Under the pieces are notes generated by a model. It saw nothing but the letters and a program-made list of their open reading frames with translations. It did not search any database and had not been told where the DNA came from. From the NCBI GenBank assembly GCA_030704615.1, contig CM060731.1:35836001-35900000 (forward strand): a DNA stretch of 64,000 nucleotides, given 5' to 3'. Shown here piece by piece: positions 49,188 through 62,343 of this stretch (position 1 is its first letter; the number at the start of each line of letters is the position of its first letter). A program made the translations under genes and the position numbers. Origin of the DNA: Takakia lepidozioides. Taxonomy: Eukaryota; Plantae; Bryophyta.

Positions 49188-51382
49188 TTGACTATTGTAG
49201 AGTCTGACACAGACCCGGAGGCTTCATCAATAGGTGTGCAATTTTCTTCGCCATTATTGTGGGACGACATGGAGGAGATGTATGGAGCTACCAAGGGGCC
49301 TCGTAGGTACTCTGGAGCTGTGGGCACAATTGAGCTGGATGACTTTATCCAGGAGTTCGACAGCTGGTGTGATTTGCAGTAGATGCGCAATCCACAGCTG
49401 TTCACCCCATTCATGGCGTGGAAAAGATTGTTCCAGCATTTGGAAGACCCGCCTATGGACGATTACCACGAGTTCAGGCGAGGACATAAAGTCGAGATTG
49501 AGGAGGGGAGGATGTATTGGTCACCTGACTACATCTCCATTACTCGAGGCATAACGCGACCAGTAGTGGCATCAGCACCAATATCTCCCACGGCCAGCAC
49601 TAGTAGTGGAGCAAGTAGTGCCGATACTTCTGCAGAAGGTGCTACTACTCCCCCTGCCACGGCTACAACACATGTGCCTAGATTCAACCGGGTGGTGGAG
49701 TTCTTCCAAGAATTGCGGAGGAACTACCAAGGTATATGGACAGAGAAGCTGTGAAGTTTGCAAGACTTCCAGCGCAAACCCAGTGAGAGCTTGCAAGAGG
49801 CCTACACTCGTATGAGGCGCTTGATAAGTGTGACCCAAGGGGTTACTGAGGCTGGGTTAGCAGTGTTGCTGGATGCAGCTGCAGTGGGGTCACGGGCTCA
49901 TCGCCCACGACTATGGTGGACCAACTTGATGCCACCTGCACTGCTCAAGCGTGCATTCGATGGGGGTGCAGCGGCCACCACACCTGATGGTGGATAGCAT
50001 TTTGGATATAAAGAGACAGTCTCAGCGTAAGAGACACGATGACCGATCACCTTTGGCAGTGGTCAATAAGGTGGGTCACCCACGAGCCGCATTGCCTACA
50101 CTGCTCAGCTTTCCAGGATCTCATGCCTTTCGAGATGGTGGATCTGGCCTCTTGTGGGATAGCCAGTTGCAGTAATTAGTGGAGCCCAATGCTGACGAGC
50201 ACGAGCGGGCGATGGGTTTTAGCACTGGTACCACGGCCGTGCCATCTCTTTCTGAGGCATCACGTCGTCAGGTGTTGGGGCAAGCAATGGACCTCAATTG
50301 CTTGACCTGGATTATCAGCTTAGCTATGGCTGAGCAGCGCAGAGTACAGAGTACACTTCCCTTGAAGGTCTCCCTGCCTACCAAGACACTACAGGCAGCG
50401 AGTGGGGGCAAACAGGTGATGACCACGAGGTGCAGGCCGCATCCATGGCACACGTGGGAGGTGCTCGAGGTTCAGAAAGAGTTGGCAGCCAAGGCGGTGG
50501 TGATGGATGAGGTTGGGGATTTTTCTCGGGTTGAGGAGGTCCTCAAGGATGGGATGATGGGGCAGGATGAGACATTGTCACTAACAGAGGAGGCAGTGGT
50601 CACTGCTCAAGAGGTTGCAGCATAGCAACCACGGGACGCGTTTTCTACCTCTAAGCCTGCTGGACTCAAGGTTGCAGTCACGGAGGACAACTGGGAGCCT
50701 GATGTTGGACCTATAATCACCGGAGGAGAGAGACGACGTATACGGCTGTTCTTGAGGGCTTACAAGAACTGCTTTGCCTTCAGTTTGAAGGACTTAGGAG
50801 CACTGAAGGGTCAAGAGATTCGCATTGAATTGGCTACTGACACGCCAATCTTTCGGAGACCCTATAGATACAGTGACATGGAGAGGTCCTTGATTCAGAT
50901 GAGAACTCAGGACCTTTGGGAGGCTGGTTTGGTGGAGCTATCTGGGGGAGAGTATGCTTCAGCCACAATGATGCCAGCCAAGAAAGATGTCTATGACAAT
51001 TGGACGGAGAGACGTATGTGCGGTGATTACCGGCCTGTAAATCGTCAGACCAAGTCCGATAGGTATGCCATGCCGACACCAGAGGAGATCTTTGATGCCA
51101 TTGGGCATGTCCAGGTCTTTAGCACTTTGGATTTACGATCCGGATATCACTAGTTGCCGATCAAGGAGGCGGATAAGCAGAAGACGACATTCTGGGGGAT
51201 CAATGAGCACGGGAAGGATTGCCTATACCAGTGGCGATTCTTACCATTTGGGCTTAAGAATGCTCCGGCAGAGTTTCAGAGAGTCATGGACATGATTCTA
51301 GCAGGGGTGGAGTTTGCTCGGTGCTACATAGATGACATCATCATCTTTAGTGCTACGGTGGAGGAGCATGAGAGACACCTTC
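49188..51382 (+). mobile_element. Ty3/Gypsy fragment: gag, C5-DNA-methyltransferase C-terminal half, reverse transcriptase (deleted and truncated)
   Basis: gag-like LDDFIQEFDSWC...FQRKPSESLQEAYTRM. RT motifs RMCGDYRPVN, FSTLDLRSGYH, LPFGLKNAPAEFQR and YIDDIIIFS. Confidence 0.85.
49854..50320 (+). pseudogene. C5 cytosine DNA methyltransferase (DNMT3-like motifs VIII-X) inside the Gypsy pol region
   Basis: LLDAAAVGSRAHRPRLWWTNL (motif VIII; cf. DNMT3 IDA..VSAAHRARYFWGNL) and EPNADEHERAMGF..GTT...RRQVLGQAM (motifs IX/X). One frameshift and one stop. Confidence 0.75.
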
Positions 51383-52205
51383 ATATATGTGTGGTGTAGT
51401 TTGGACAACGATGTAGTTCTGTAGCGATACGTATGCGTACGACAATTGTCAAGTTAAATAAACACAGTGTGAAACTAACTAGAATAAATCTAGTTATTTG
51501 TATTTAACACTTGGATTTAGTTCAAGTGTTAAGTCAGGTGTCAAGTTTAGCTTGACACCTGAACCATCTTATCTTCACGAGAGCGTCAGTCGTGCGGCTC
51601 ATCTCTCTCGAGTTGAGCCCGCATGACCGAGCTCCTTCACTGCTTAGAATCTGAGTGTGCTTATAAAGATGAGAATAAGATGTTGTGCGGTGGAGTCCCC
51701 ATAGCTTGGGGTGCCCCTGGCTCGACTCTTAGTTTAACGAGTGATGATGTTGCATTTCGTTTTTCGGTGTCAACAGTGTGAGATTTATGTCAATCATTGC
51801 GGCAACCTACTTTATTGTCCATATATGTGTGGTGTAGTTTGGACAACGATGTAGTTGTGTAGCGATACGTATGCGCACGACAAATACAATTGATACACAT
51901 ACAGTTCTCACATATGTGTGCTCCAACCTCAAATGGTTTCAAGGTTTTCTGCATGGTATGAAGACTTCTCGTTGATTGCAGTTTAGGTCGCTGGTTTTGA
52001 ATAAAGGTTCTGTTTGTGGAAGTGGTCATTAGGAGCTAATGAAGGTATGGTAAGGACTGGTTGGTGGTTTTAGTAAATTGTAACCACATCAAGAGGATTT
52101 GTTTTAGATCACCTGATATGGATTATTACTGGCTACTTTCATGCAAGCCTTATCAATATCGTAATCCATTATCCTCACCATTAACACTTACACGGGTCAT
52201 TTTAA

Positions 52206-53021
52206 CCCTTAAGTTCCCAAACAACCTAAATCGGGTCACTTTTGAATTTGTAGTTTGACCTAATTTTTGCAGATCTAATCTGATGGGCCCCACTCCTGAA
52301 GCTTTAATGACAAGGGATTTGTCTTGAGTATGATGAAAAAAACAAAATTAAAAATAAAACAAAAGCTACTACCTACAAAAAATATCTTAGATCTATCATT
52401 TACGTTTTGGGGCCTGAAAAGGGCTTGTTGACTGCTGATGGGGCAGGTAAACAAGCCCAAAACAGATTGCACTCCAAAGGCCATTTTTGGCAGAAAAATA
52501 ACTTTTTTGGAAAAAGCGCTTCACCTTGTGGTGTGTGAGCATTACATACACACATCCACCATTGGCTTTTGTAGAAAAAAAAGTACTTCATTTGGAGGCA
52601 CATTTTCTCTTGTCAATTTTGAGATTTCAACCCCCATGTAATTGCATGCATAGCAACCATAGGTGAAAAAATCAGTTGGACCTGCAATTTAGTGGGGTCA
52701 TAGCCACTCCACTATTGATTTGGAAATGGTGGGTCTTGGGGCAAGCAAAACTGGATAAAGCTAGGTTTTAATTTGGTCAAACCAATTTCTTCCTCACTTT
52801 GTTTTTGGGACCTGATATTTGAGGTCCGGGCCAACGCTATAATCTCACAATTTCCACGGTGGACTTGGCTCATTTTTTGGTATGTCATGCATAAATGAGC
52901 TGGCCCATTGCTATAAGGCTGGAATCTCTGGATGATTTTTGGTAGGTTTCTAGGGGCAATTTACTGCAGATGGGTACCCAATATTGGTAAAAAGTCAAAA
53001 AAAGGCTTGGGAACTTAAGGG
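52206..53021. mobile_element. piggyBac-type MITE copy 2 (inverted relative to copy 1)
   Basis: TTAA|CCCTTAAGTTCCCAA ... TTGGGAACTTAAGGG|TTAA; the internal sequence is homologous to 31776-32598. Confidence 0.85.
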
Positions 53022-53690
53022 TTAATGAAGAAGGGAGTAAAACTTTTATGACACTTAAACACTTAATATTTGCTAGTGTATTTTTTGAGGGAGTAGAAGT
53101 TTCCATTAACAGTTAAGGAGTTTTTAACACTTATAGAGGTAACACTTAGCCAGGTCCGAACTGTATAACGAGAGACAACTTGCGACGTCGAGACATATGT
53201 ATATCAAGTAAACCCTGTTAGCTCTTTATTCCCGATGGAGATAGTCCACTTATATCGTAGTACTTAATTACTGAGGTGTACGTGGGCCCGACCACCTGAC
53301 CAACCTCCAGGCTTCACCAGGCTTTTCGTATTGGAGACAGAACGCGAAAATAAGTATCATATCAACTCAGAGCTCGGCAGTTGACATAAATACATACAAA
53401 TCCATCACTCCACGCAGCTGCTGATCTCGAGAGCTCCACGGATGGCACTTGTGATGAGCGGTTCTGGGCAGCTGACGAGATCATGAGACTGCAGGTGAAC
53501 TCTCGCAGGGAGAGTTGCAAGTTGCAGCGTTGCCTATATAAGTTAAGTTACTGTGATTTCTGTCATCACGTCAAGGCTTCCTCTTCATCGCTCTGCTGCC
53601 CTACGCGTTCTATTCGAGTGCTCCGCTCTAGTAGCAGCTGCCGGCCGGAGGGCTGCAGAATACTTCCCCAGTTCCAGAGCCCGCTCCATA

Positions 53691-54837
53691 ATGGCCTATC
53701 AATGCATTGCCAAAGTGGTCTCCCTATCTCCTCCCTCGCTGGACCCTCCCTACTACTGCCTCGCAGAAGCGCCCTTGCTTCTCTTCTCTTGTCAAATACC
53801 CTCCGTTCTTGTGCGCTTCACAGCTAGCAGGCAACAACCTGGAAATCTACCCATTAGGAATCCCAGGAACGATGAGATTGAGCTTCCACCTCTCGTCCCT
53901 TCCATGGCCATCGGAGGCCTGCCACCTTGACAGCAGAGCATGTGGTAGTTGACGCCGAGGAACGCCTGATGAAAATTTTGGAGCACTGGCAGATCAACCC
54001 GTTTGAATCGTATTATCGTCTGTCCATCTCGGCGGCCGGTTTTGCGTACAGCGGAGCCGTCAGTTCTGATCGCTTGGTAGCCGTATCTACTACATCCGCC
54101 CTCCTGTTTCTTCTGAATGATCTTTTTTTATATTCTTCAAACGACTTGCTCCTCGAGGAGTGTGGCATCGATCTCAGCATCCGTGAGAGCCCTCGCAAAA
54201 TCGAAGAGTTCCTCAACAACTTGATCCTTCTCTTCAGGCAACAAGAGCCTCCGTGCGATCCCACCCCGATCGAGGGAATGATGTGGGAATTGGGTGAGGA
54301 CTTCAGACGCTTGTCCAACCCGGAATGGTTCAAAACATGTACAGATGCTGTCATCGGGTTCTGGAGAGTGAGCGTTGCCGGCCATGCTGACATTGCAGGC
54401 GACCGCTCATATTTGCAAGACTTGGAGTCTTACACCCAAATGCGCGCCTGGAACGGTGGAGGCTTGCTCGCTATTAATCTCGTGGAGCTTGCCAACAATG
54501 CCTTTCTTCCAGACGAGGTCCGCGCGCAACCCATCATCCAACAGCTGACCAACGCGGCCGTCCTTCAGATCACTTTTGCCAACGATATTTTCTCTTACTA
54601 CAAGGAGCTGGTGCAGGAAGACAATCGGCGCAATCTAATCAGGGTGTTGATGGAATCTGAAGGCACATCGCTACCCCAACAAGCCGCAAGGGTGTTGTCG
54701 TGGAAGGTTTGAAGGAGCTTATGTCTGGCGCTATTCACTGGCAAAGCATGCACAAGCGCTACCGGCATCCTGACCCATTTTTCCCAGAGCTCAGGGCCAT
54801 CACCAATGTCCATCACGAACTACAAGAGATAATTTAG
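53691..54837 (+). pseudogene. Microbial-type class I terpene synthase (MTPSL), intronless, disrupted
   Basis: LLFLLNDLF at the Asp-rich motif position, YTQMRAWNGG (R sensor) and NDIFSYYKE (NSE/DTE). After a frameshift ~54695: GLKELMSGAIHWQSMHKRYRHPD (WxxxxxRY) to stop 54835-54837. Further frameshifts near 53890-53945; start uncertain. Confidence 0.85.
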
Positions 54838-56856
54838 AGCCTGATCAGATGCAGCACCTGCATCAACTTTGATATATTGTACCCAACCATGTGTCACAAG
54901 ACTTTCAATGTTCAGTAGGTTCCTCCTATGTTAATGTCCGCATGCTTGACTGCATAGTTCATATGTCATATGTAATGAAAGAGAGAGAGAGAGAGAGAGA
55001 GAGTGGGATCAGTCTAGCTAGACTAATTTGGCGCTTGTGTGCAACCTACATAGTTGAGCAAGATGGCTCTCTGTATCTATTCAGGATGTTTATCTCTTAA
55101 GGGTGCTGATTGGCTTCCAATTGGCAATGAAAGACACCAACCTGATGGCTTACACGCAGTGGAACCTTTTTTCTCAGTGCATGTATGGGAGCAGCCTCTT
55201 GGACAGCAAGTACTAACTACATGAAGCTGCAAAGGGAAAGTTTGTTGGACCCAAGTGCTGCCATCACTGAAATAGAGTTGTAAAAATTGTTGAGCCTCCT
55301 TGTCACTGAGTTCGTTGGACCACAACACATGTTCCAATCTCTGGTCCTGTGCAGTTGTATTGGGCATAGAAGGAAGTCCTGAAACACATTCAACTCACTT
55401 CCAGTGCAAAACCATCTACTCAACTACAGGCATTTCAATGGTCTATGTGTATATACATTGTACTTTTACGTAATTTCACATCAGGAAATTGAGGTTCCAT
55501 TCAGAGATGGTCCATGGGGGTGTTGAGAAGTATTGGGCAGCTTATGCCCTTGGTCACCGTCTAGAAGATTGTAAATACTGACAACTACTAGACGAAGTTG
55601 CACTCTTAACTGCCTTTGACTAGGCGTCCCTTCAATTTTGAGGTGCTTAGGTTAGAGAAAGCTGCACCCGCAGCTCCTAAGATAATTTGGGTCGTTGTCT
55701 ACGTTGCACCATCCATTGGACCAGTGAGGCTGGTGCTTGATCATACCCGCAGTACTTTACAAGAAAGTAAAGGGGCTGAATTCCCTTTCTCCTCTAGCTT
55801 GTGCGTATGCTACATATCTCTCTTACCTCCCTTGGTGCACATGGGAAAGGGACTGTTCAACCTGTCATAAATTGAGCCCCAGAGGCATAGATTAAGCAAA
55901 CTCCGACAAGGGGATCAGGGCATTTCACCTGCAGGAAGATTTTCATGAGTGATCAACTCTGCAAGTACACCCATTTCCTCTCTTTTCTAGCCGGATGGTT
56001 TTTTCTTAAGATAATAAAGTTTAATTCTTAATTACGGGTATAAATCAGGCCCCTTAATTGTGGTGAGAGGATGGTACTAGGGTTACCCAAGAGATTGTAC
56101 ACATGCATTAAAAAACTATTCTGAACGCAGGATCGCAGGTGAGATTGATTTACTTCATACACAGACTGTCCGAAGTCAATAGAACCCCTCATGAAGCAGT
56201 GTTTGAAGGAGTGTTTGAAGCAGTCGGGGCCTGAATAATCAAACAAAGTGTCTTGGGACCATAGCGCGATGGAGGAAGAATGCATGCAATTTTTGGCCTC
56301 AGGATTGAACAAGTCGCATGGCATTATTGGTTTCAAACCTGAAGGAAAGCTCAGGCTGCAAGTAGGAGATTCGCAGACACCATTCTCAAAACAAAATGGA
56401 GAAGCTCTTTGAATCCAGACCAGCATTGGCTGATGGCTACAGTGACCCAGAAACAAAATGTTGTGCTCATCCTTGAAATTGATCAGATATGGTTGTCATG
56501 CATCTCAAGGGAGCCTTGAAAGAAACAAACAGATTTACCGAGATAATGCAGGAATCAATGTGAACATTGAACTGTTACTGCTCAACCGAAATACTACCTC
56601 TTTTTCTCTCTCTCTCCTCTTCGGTTGTCATATCAATATTCACATCAATAAGGAGACTCGTTGCGAACTTGATGGTCCATGTTCCTCCTGAGACATCCTA
56701 CAGACCAACTCCCTCACATCTCCATAAAATAGAGACCAGGTAAGCCTTTCTGAATGCTCGACTGAACATGAGGTGGCAACTCACAGACATGCCTGTGGAC
56801 TTGAGCTTTTCATTACCATTTCACACATAAGTCATGAGGGTGGCCCACTAGACTCC

Positions 56857-59800
56857 TCATAGACTTGGACACCAGTCTCTGTCTCTCTCATTCACTGTGG
56901 AGCTATCGACCAACCCCTCTGCGCCTTCATTGACAATAACACGTAGAGCCAGTAAGTCTCTTTGCGCATTTGAGTCAACATCAGCAGATTCCAGCTTTTC
57001 ATTATTCAGGGCTTTGCTCATCCTATATGAAGGTCCAGTGTCCTTCCATGAGCCATCTTCAAACCTAGCATCCTCACTGATTGCACTCGGGGGGTTCAGT
57101 TTTGTCTCATTCACCTTGGTGGTACCGACCAACTCCTTGGGGCCATCAAACACAGTAAGAGGTTGAGCTGGTAAGTCTTCGAGCGTTTTTGGTTCAACGT
57201 GGGGGAAGGGTGTGACAGGTATTCCTGCAGATTGCAGCTTTTGACTGATGAATCTACAAACTGAATGGAAAGCTGCCATGGTGGACTCCTCGTGCACTGT
57301 GGTACCTGCAGATTGTTCCATACAGTCACATGGGCACGTGGAGGAGAACGAGTTCAATTCTGAGAACAGACTCATCCTTTTTCTCTGACTACCAGCCTTT
57401 CCACCACACTTCTTCCTCCCTGCAGTCCGTTTTCGGGTGTTTCCCTCTATCTGCTCACAGAAACTGGTGCTGCAGCCAGTTTTGCTGGTCTCACTGTTGT
57501 CCTCCCCACTTCCCGGTAAAACTAAGCCTTGCAAGCCTTCATCAAGTCTGGTGGGCAGCTGGGAGTCCCACTCAGCTTCCTCCATTGCGTCATCATCACT
57601 GTTCTCTAGGAAATCCTCGTTGGCTTTTCTCACTAAAGCATCCAGTGGCTTGCAGCTGCATACCCAGTTTACGCAATGATTCACCCAGAAGCGCTTGGCA
57701 GCTGGGCTTAGTTTCTGTCATCAACGATGAGACCAATCTCAGCAAGCGATTAATCCTTGACAGAGAGAACCACATACACAATAAGAGAGCAGTGGCAAGG
57801 TAATCATTGTTCAGGTACACTTCCAGGCTGATTCAGGACTAACAAAAGACTAGTTCTGCAGTGATGCAAAGAACAGACACAATGGATGTATGCAATGACC
57901 TGATGCTGGTCTGGGAGCTTTTAGGAAGGCTGGCAAGCACGGAAAAACACAGAATCCCCGTTGTGTTATTTCTCAAGGCTCTCACGGATGTGAGGTTAGT
58001 CGCAACTTAGCAATGGTGAAAATCATTATGTGTACATGTTCACTACAATTGGCATATTCATACCTCAACACAGGAGGACCCATGAATTGAATCTGTCAGA
58101 GCAATACACCGAAGCCGACTCACCACCTCCAGACCTTTTCAACAATTCAAAATATTAGTACTCATGTGCACCTAGAAGCGGACAAACTCGTTGAGACCTG
58201 AGAAGAGCCATTGAGCAAATCTTATAAGCTCCCTCCACATGATGGGAGATTGACTTCTGTGGATTTCTAGTGTGTGAATATCCTGCAATGGTTCAACTGA
58301 CATTTTGTTTGAACCATGCAGTTTCTTCCACCCAATCACCTCAATCCTTATCTTAACTGTTCTATACAATTGTCATATTATTATCCAGTGGAATTGAAGA
58401 AAGAGTGAATTGTCCGAAGAAATCTCGAGCTTCACTGGCCTGCAATGTTTTCTGATTGGGTGAAAGGTGATAGCAATACCCTCAACATCTAGAAGACTGC
58501 AAGCACAGACACCACCCATTGAATGCGCCACCATGGCCATGTGTTGAGCTGGCAGCTTCCCAATGATGGAATCCCATGCATATTTGACATGTGCCTCAGC
58601 CGATTCATTGAATGGTATTCTTCTTCGCGTACCCTGTACCCAAGCAAGCAGGAAAACCAAAAAGGATAATCATCTCCAAATCCTTAAGATTTTTGACCAA
58701 AATTATCCGGAATGAGTCCACAATGAGCTTGCCCCTCCTGGTTTGCCCACAGATTTACCATCTTTGAATCACAGCTGAAATCCTCTTACCATCTTCACCG
58801 GGATGTTCCTGATTGAACAAATGAGCTGCTCCATACTTACTCTCCCCATAGATTAGGCTTGGGGCTCGCGGTGTCTAACTAAATTTTGATAGAAGCAGCT
58901 GCTGCTCTGCTCTTTTACATTTATGGCAGCGTACAGTTGTGGATCAACATAAAACAAGAAATTATGGCTACACATGTAAATGATGTTATCACAAACCGTT
59001 TCAGTTTCAACAAAGTTCAGATTCGGATTGAGGACCACCACAGCCATGTCGTGCTCTTTCGCCCAGTCTGTACTCCCACCCACTTTGGTTAACACAACTA
59101 CACCCCTTAATAACGCCACAAGATACCTAAGTACCTAAATCAGCTCTGTAATTCAGGGCCTACCCATGTACCCCTTGCAAATGTACCGTACTTTTAAGAT
59201 CACAAAGGAAGAGGTACATTACAAGCCAAAAGAGCTTCCAACCAGTGTTGAGCGGGTATACGACTTACCCGGATGTAACCACCGGGTAAGGGTACCCTTA
59301 TATAGCCGGACCCTGAGGTTTTCTTTACCCTGACCTGGATCCTGTTGAAGGGTATATGCCATGTATGCCCCGGACTCGGTCGAAGGGTAAAGGGCTAGCA
59401 TTTACACTACCCTGAGGATGGGTACCGAATATCTTGGCGGGTAATTAGAATCCAGGTAGAATGGGCTAGGGTTGGCCACCTGACACCTGACATATTCCAA
59501 CTGATCCACCTCACAACGCTGAAATCCTTGCAAAAATAAAGAATTACCCGACCCTTACCCTGCCTAAACTTGTGTCATCCAACGGGTAGTTACAATTTAC
59601 CCGGATCAGTTGAATAACCTTACCCTCAGGTTCTACTAAGATAATACCCGGTTTTGCCCTGACCCTGTGTGTTCAATATATTTTACCCTTACCCTGAGGG
59701 TGAATAGAAATCAGATACCCGCTCAACATACCAAGAAAGGGCAGAACACTCCCAGTCTTCAAAGATTGCTGCTCACACACGCAGAGGATTATCTTAGTCC

Positions 59801-62343
59801 AAAGATTTCTTTTGGTGACATGTCACAAAACTGATTCCATCTTTCTCCCATCCTTCATGAACTAAACAGATCTATATACACCCATATACTCCAAAGCCAA
59901 TGCCAGTGTCGTTTATGGTAACCTCTATCCCATGGACTCGTAAACAAACCAAAGGCAAAAGGTCAGTGACCGTTTGAGAAGTCAGAAACTTCCCAAAGAA
60001 ACATGCACTAAAAATGAGAGCCAGGAGGATAGGAAGGTCACTCACGTTTATACAAAGACGTCTTGCCCACTGCCCAGCCCTGCCATCAACAGCAACAAAC
60101 GAGTGATATATAGCTGACTCCTGTTGTAACCGGTACTAATGTATGCTTGTTGTAAACCCTGCATCCTCCATATTCCTCCTATTGCTCACATTCCTATTTA
60201 AGTCAAGACTGGCAGTGGGACAAACACCAGTATGTGGCACATCCATGTTGAGGTGGATGGCAACAAAAGCTGTTCTGGCAAGCAACTAGGATGATATACT
60301 AACCCATTCATCAATACACAATCCCTTAGAACTGGCCAGTCATATTTGTGCAGGACACCCTGTCGCTGTTGGCCTGAGTTTTACCCTGATGGACAAAACA
60401 GCTCCAAACAGCCATTGGAGGAACACGCTCTCAAGGGAACCTTGTGAGGTGTCTCATCTGCCCCTCTACGTCAAATTAGAAATAAAGCTAGCAAGGATGC
60501 ACCTGGCAGGCAAAGAGTTTTGTTGACTTACGAAACCCGCCCTGCACCACACAGCAAAATGAGCAAAATGCTGGCCGTCTTCGCATTGGCTGACACAAAA
60601 ATAGGGCATCGCAGATCATGCCAGATGGTTGAACCATCACCCTCCTGCAATGCCAAGGCCACCATTTAAGAATAAGAAAAGTTGCAAAGTCTTCTCATTT
60701 GTCCACCTATAAGCGAGAGCTTACATTGGGTCCCCGTCAGCAACTCAGTTTTCTTTCTCATGTACATCATTGAGTATGTTCCCACAGTTCATCAGTGTAT
60801 ATGTCATATACCTGCACTATCCTGCCTAGCCAGTTTTCAACAATTGAATCCATAAAGTGCTCAACACGGATCTTTCTAAGTCAGCTTCCCCATACACGTC
60901 GGATCTCGTTTGAGGTCAGATGTTTTGGCAGACTTTGTGGGTGACTAAACTTGGCTCTACAACCACCTGTAATGCCTGCAACTAACATTTACACTGAAGT
61001 GCGGTTTGGTGTAACCTCAGAGGTGGCATCAGAAGTTTGCAGATCCTCCTGCAATGGTAGGTCCACTCGCTGCATGCCATACTCCTGTATCAAGGAACAT
61101 ACACCACTATCTTCATGTCAAATCTACTTGAATTTTAATTGTTCACAAAGTTCAAATCCTAAACCATGCTCCATTATCTGCCTAAAGTCTGGAGTGCTTG
61201 ACAAAAAATGTTCTTGGGCACATAATTCAACTTCATTTCTCTACATTGAAGAAGGTTAACAAAATAGGTTCATATTCAGATCTGAGGGGCATGTCGCTGT
61301 CTCCATTCCTTCAGGGGTATCCACCTCTGTGCCTGTGGGAGAACCTCACCAGAAGTAGTAACAACTAAACAACCTCAACGAGTTCAACTGGTGACGTATT
61401 GGGCAAGATTATTTGGTAGTGTATATGCTGTTTATCAGAAAAAAGTATAGCTTACTTCAGCATCTAGATGTACTCGAGATTTTGAAATTACTTTTAACTG
61501 GAGACTTAGAATATAAATCCCTTCTTCTAAAGTCAGTAAGTTAGACAGAAGGGCTTCCTAACCACCCTGATTTTTGGGTTGGGGGCATGGGTGGGAAAAA
61601 AGTTAAGGAGGTGCACCTCCACCATGATGTCCTGGATGTAGCCTGCAACTGCATCAGCAACCCGTTCATAGTGTGGCTGCATGCCCAAAAACAATGCGAT
61701 TATTAGCTGCTGGACACTCTCATCTCGAATTTCCACATGTATTATAAAAAGTCCAACTGATTCTTGCCTGGTCTGACTGCAAGCAAGCAGTGGGTGAAAA
61801 GTATGGAGATTACAGGTTATGAAATTACCTGGTTAATGAACTTGAAAGGCTCCCCTGTTCCATCCATCACATACATGCCCATCTCCATGTCAGACACGGT
61901 TTTTAAGCTACAAAGAAAGCAAGCTAAAACGTCCTAGTTGACTCAGCACTAAAGTGGGCCTGCTCATCCTGTGAGTGATGGGGTACCTCTATCATATAAA
62001 CTTTCTTCAAATCGATCCCCTGCTGCAACAGATATAAATGGAACTACCAGGTTGAGCATTCCAAAAGAGCACAATGTCCTCCAACAAGCTCCCAGTCCTT
62101 GTGTCCTACTCTCCGACCCAATATAGATTTGAAGACGATTGCAAAACTCTTCACTCCCTCTTATCATTTATCAAAACCCCCATAAATACATGTGATTGAT
62201 TGAGGAATTGGATGTGAGTTCTTCTCTGAGGACATAAGAGGAGAGGGTACAGCTACCCAACCTGATGAGATATGACGCAGCTCCAGTTCTGCATTGAATG
62301 CATACTCCAAAGACTTAAGAATTTCTCTGAAGGAGGGCGCCAT
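56857..62343 (-). CDS. FAM172A/Arb2-domain protein (multi-exon host gene)
   Basis: Exon fragments LKSLEYAFNAELELRH, GEPFKF, HYERVADAV, CPIFVS...LLILLCGAG, AGQWARRLCIN, VVVLNPN, VAHSMGG, IALTDSIH, NWVCSCKPLD and SAGTTVHE, in correct order with GT-AG boundaries. The exact 3' end is uncertain. Confidence 0.85.
59152..59720. repeat. TACCC/GGGTA-rich MITE-like insertion in an intron
   Basis: Dense inverted TACCC motifs; imperfect inverted ends at ~59152 and ~59482. Confidence 0.4.

Noticed and set aside
55077-56456. Additional coding exons or a separate gene downstream of the FAM172A-like gene
   Set aside because: Some splice-like sites exist, but I found no consistent open frame or motif; may be 3' UTR.
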